A DNA stretch of 64,000 nucleotides from Chiloscyllium plagiosum. Taxonomy: Eukaryota. Positions 61,510 to 64,000 of the stretch are shown here, one piece after another (positions within the stretch are counted from its first letter, which is position 1; each line of letters starts with the position of its first letter). The translations under genes were made by a program, and so were the position numbers. The stretch lies in contig NC_057759.1 in NCBI RefSeq assembly GCF_004010195.1, forward strand, positions 2,213,199 through 2,277,198, read 5' to 3'. The notes under the pieces are model-generated. The model ran no database searches. It worked only from the letters and a program-made list of their open reading frames with translations, and was not told the DNA's origin.

Positions 61510-64000
61510 ATGGAATGATAGAGATATATAGCATGGAAACAGACCCTTCGGTCCAACCCGTCTATGTCGACCAGATATCCCAACCCAATCTAGTCCCACC
61601 TGCCAGCATCCAGCCTATATCCCTCCAAAACCTTCCTATTCATATACCCATCCAAATTCCTTTTAAGTGTTGCAATTGAACCAGCCTCCACCACTTCCTC
61701 TGGCAGCTCATTACATACCCGCACCACCCTCTGTGTGAAAACGTTGCCCCTTAGGTCTCTTTTATATCTTTGTCCTCTCACCCTAAACCCCTCTTGATCT
61801 GGACTCCCTGACCCAAGGGAAAAGACTTAGCCTATTTACCCTATCCATGCCCCTCATAATTTTGTAAACCTCTATAAGGTCACCACTCAGCCTCCGACGC
61901 TCCAGGGAAAACAGCCCCAGTCTGTTCAGCCTCTCCCTATAGCTCAAATCCTCCAACCCTGGCAACATCCTTGTAAATATTTTCTGAACCCTTTCAAGTT
62001 TCACAACATCTTTCCGATAGGAAGGAGACCAGAATTGCATGCAATATTCCAACAGGGGCCTAACCAATGTCCTCCCAACTCTTGTTCTCAATACTCTGAA
62101 CAATAAAAGAAAGCATACCAAACGCCTTCTTCATTATCCTACCCATCTGTGACTCTACTTTCAAGGAGCTATGAACGTGCATTCCAAGGTCTCTTTGTTC
62201 AACAACACTCCCTAGGACCTTACCGTTAAGTGTATAAGTCCTGCTAAGATTTGCTTTCCCAAAATGCAACAGCTCGCATTTATCTGAATTAAACTCCATC
62301 TGCCACTTCTCAGCCCATTGGTCCATCTGGTCAAGATCTTGTTGTAATTTGAGGTAACCCTCTTCGCTGTCCACCTTCATTTCCATTATATAAATGATGA
62401 AAAGTCGTGGACCTAGCACTGATCCTTATGGCACTCCAGTAGTCACAGGCCTCCAGTGTGGAAAACAACCCTCCACCAGAAACCTATGTCTTCCACCTTT
62501 GAGCCAGGACTGTATCCAAATGGCTAGTTCTCCCTGCATTCCATTGCTAACCAGTCCCCCATGGGGAACCTTGTTGAATGCCTGACTGAAGTCCATAAAG
62601 ATCACATCTACTGCTCTGTCCTCATCAATCCTCTTTGTTACTTCTTCAAAAAGTTCAATCAAGTTTGTGAGACGTGATTTCCCACGCACAAAGCCATGTT
62701 GACTATCCCTAATCAGCCCTTGCCTTTCCAAATACATGTACATCCTATCCGTCAGGATTCCCTCCAACAACTTGCCCACCACCGGCATCAGGCTCACTGG
62801 TCTATAGTTCCCCTGCTTGTCCTTACCACCCTTCTTAAACAGTAGCACCACGTTTGCCAACCTCCAGTCTTCCAGCACCTCACCTGTGACTATCAATGAT
62901 ACAAATATCTCAGCAAGAGACCCAGCAATCACTTCTCTAGATTCCCACAGAGTGCTTCGGTACACATGATCAGGTCCTGGGGATTTATCCACCTTTACGT
63001 TTCAAGACATCCAGCACTTCCTCCTCTGTAATATGGACATTTTGTAAGATGTCACCATCTATTTCCCTACAGTCTATATCTTCCATATTCTTTTCCACAG
63101 TACATACTGATGCAAAATACTCATCTTGTATCTCCCCCACTTTCTCCGCCTTGCTGATCTTTGAGGTGCCCAATTCTCTCCCTAGTTACCCTTTTGTCCT
63201 TAATGTATTTGTAAAAACCCTTTGGATTCTCCTTAATTCTATTTGCCAAAGCTATTTCACGTCCCCATTTTGCCCTCCTGATTTCCCTCTTAAGTATACT
63301 CCTACTTCCTTTATACTCTTCTAAGTATTCACTCAATTTAACCTGTCTATACCTTACATATGCTTCCTTCTTTTTCTTAACCAAGCCTTCAATTTCTTTA
63401 GTCATCCAATATTACCTATACCTACCAGCCTTTCCTTTCACCTTGACAGGAATATACCTGGTCTAAATTTGGCACATATCCCTTTAAATCCTTCCTGTTC
63501 ATTTACCCATTCAGGCTCCTTTTAAATGTTGTAATTGTTTCCACCTTCATCACTCATTCCATATGCACATCACCCTCTGCATGAAAAGGTTGTTCCTCAG
63601 GTTATTTTTAAAATCTTTGCCCTCTCACCTTAAACCTATGCCCTCTATTCTCCTCCACCCAAGGAAAAATACCTTGGCTTTTCATCCTATCGATGCCCCT
63701 CATGATTTTATAAGCATCTGTAAAAATCACCCCTCAGATTCCGATGCTCCAGGGAAAAAAGCCCCAGCGTATTCAGCCTCTCCCGATAAATTCAAACACT
63801 GGTAACATTTCTGTCAATTTTTTTGCACCCTCTTAAGATTAACAACATCCTTCCTATGGCAGCGCGATCTAAACTGTACGCAGTTCTCTAACAGTGCCCT
63901 AACCAATGTCCTATGCAGCCCGAACATGATGGCCCAGCTCCTAAACTCAGTGCACTTACCAAAGGAGACAAGCATGCCAAACACCTTTTTTACAACTTTT
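61510..64000 (-). mobile_element. CR1 LINE ORF2 and 3' fragments
   Basis: NRIKENPKGFYKYIK, KSPGPD, QHGFVRGKSRLTNLIE, MDFSQAFNKVPH, RTLVRPLLEYCMQFWSP; a second 3' fragment from ~63470. Confidence 0.93.

Overview
Repeat-dominated vertebrate DNA, almost certainly from a shark (inferred from HE1/V-SINEs, shark-type CR1 LINEs and Deu-type SINE pieces), with two assembly gaps (46363-46401, 53889-54388). No intact complete protein-coding gene is visible. (1) A partly decayed Ig-superfamily receptor gene on + with Fc-receptor/FCRL-like architecture: a 31-nt leader exon, a candidate 21-nt leader mini-exon and two phase-1 C2-type Ig exons, the first with two stops. (2) Many Penelope-like element (PLE) remnants carrying minimal hammerhead ribozyme motifs, including ~200-bp near-perfect palindromes with 13-16 bp target-site duplications and a 1.8-kb composite whose PLE arms enclose unrelated DNA. 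(3) A ~7-kb inverted paralogous block (NRF1/CCAAT promoter, small exons, ~48-bp satellite) at ~6.8-13.8 kb versus ~54.4-60.6 kb, whose promoter/exon-1 segment is nearly identical while the rest is old, plus a direct duplication ~60.4 kb apart. (4) A histone H2B pseudogene lacking most of its histone fold. (5) A class I ERV remnant (pol end, env, PPT, 3' LTR) and Gypsy LTRs. Repeat boundaries and percent identities are by-eye estimates.
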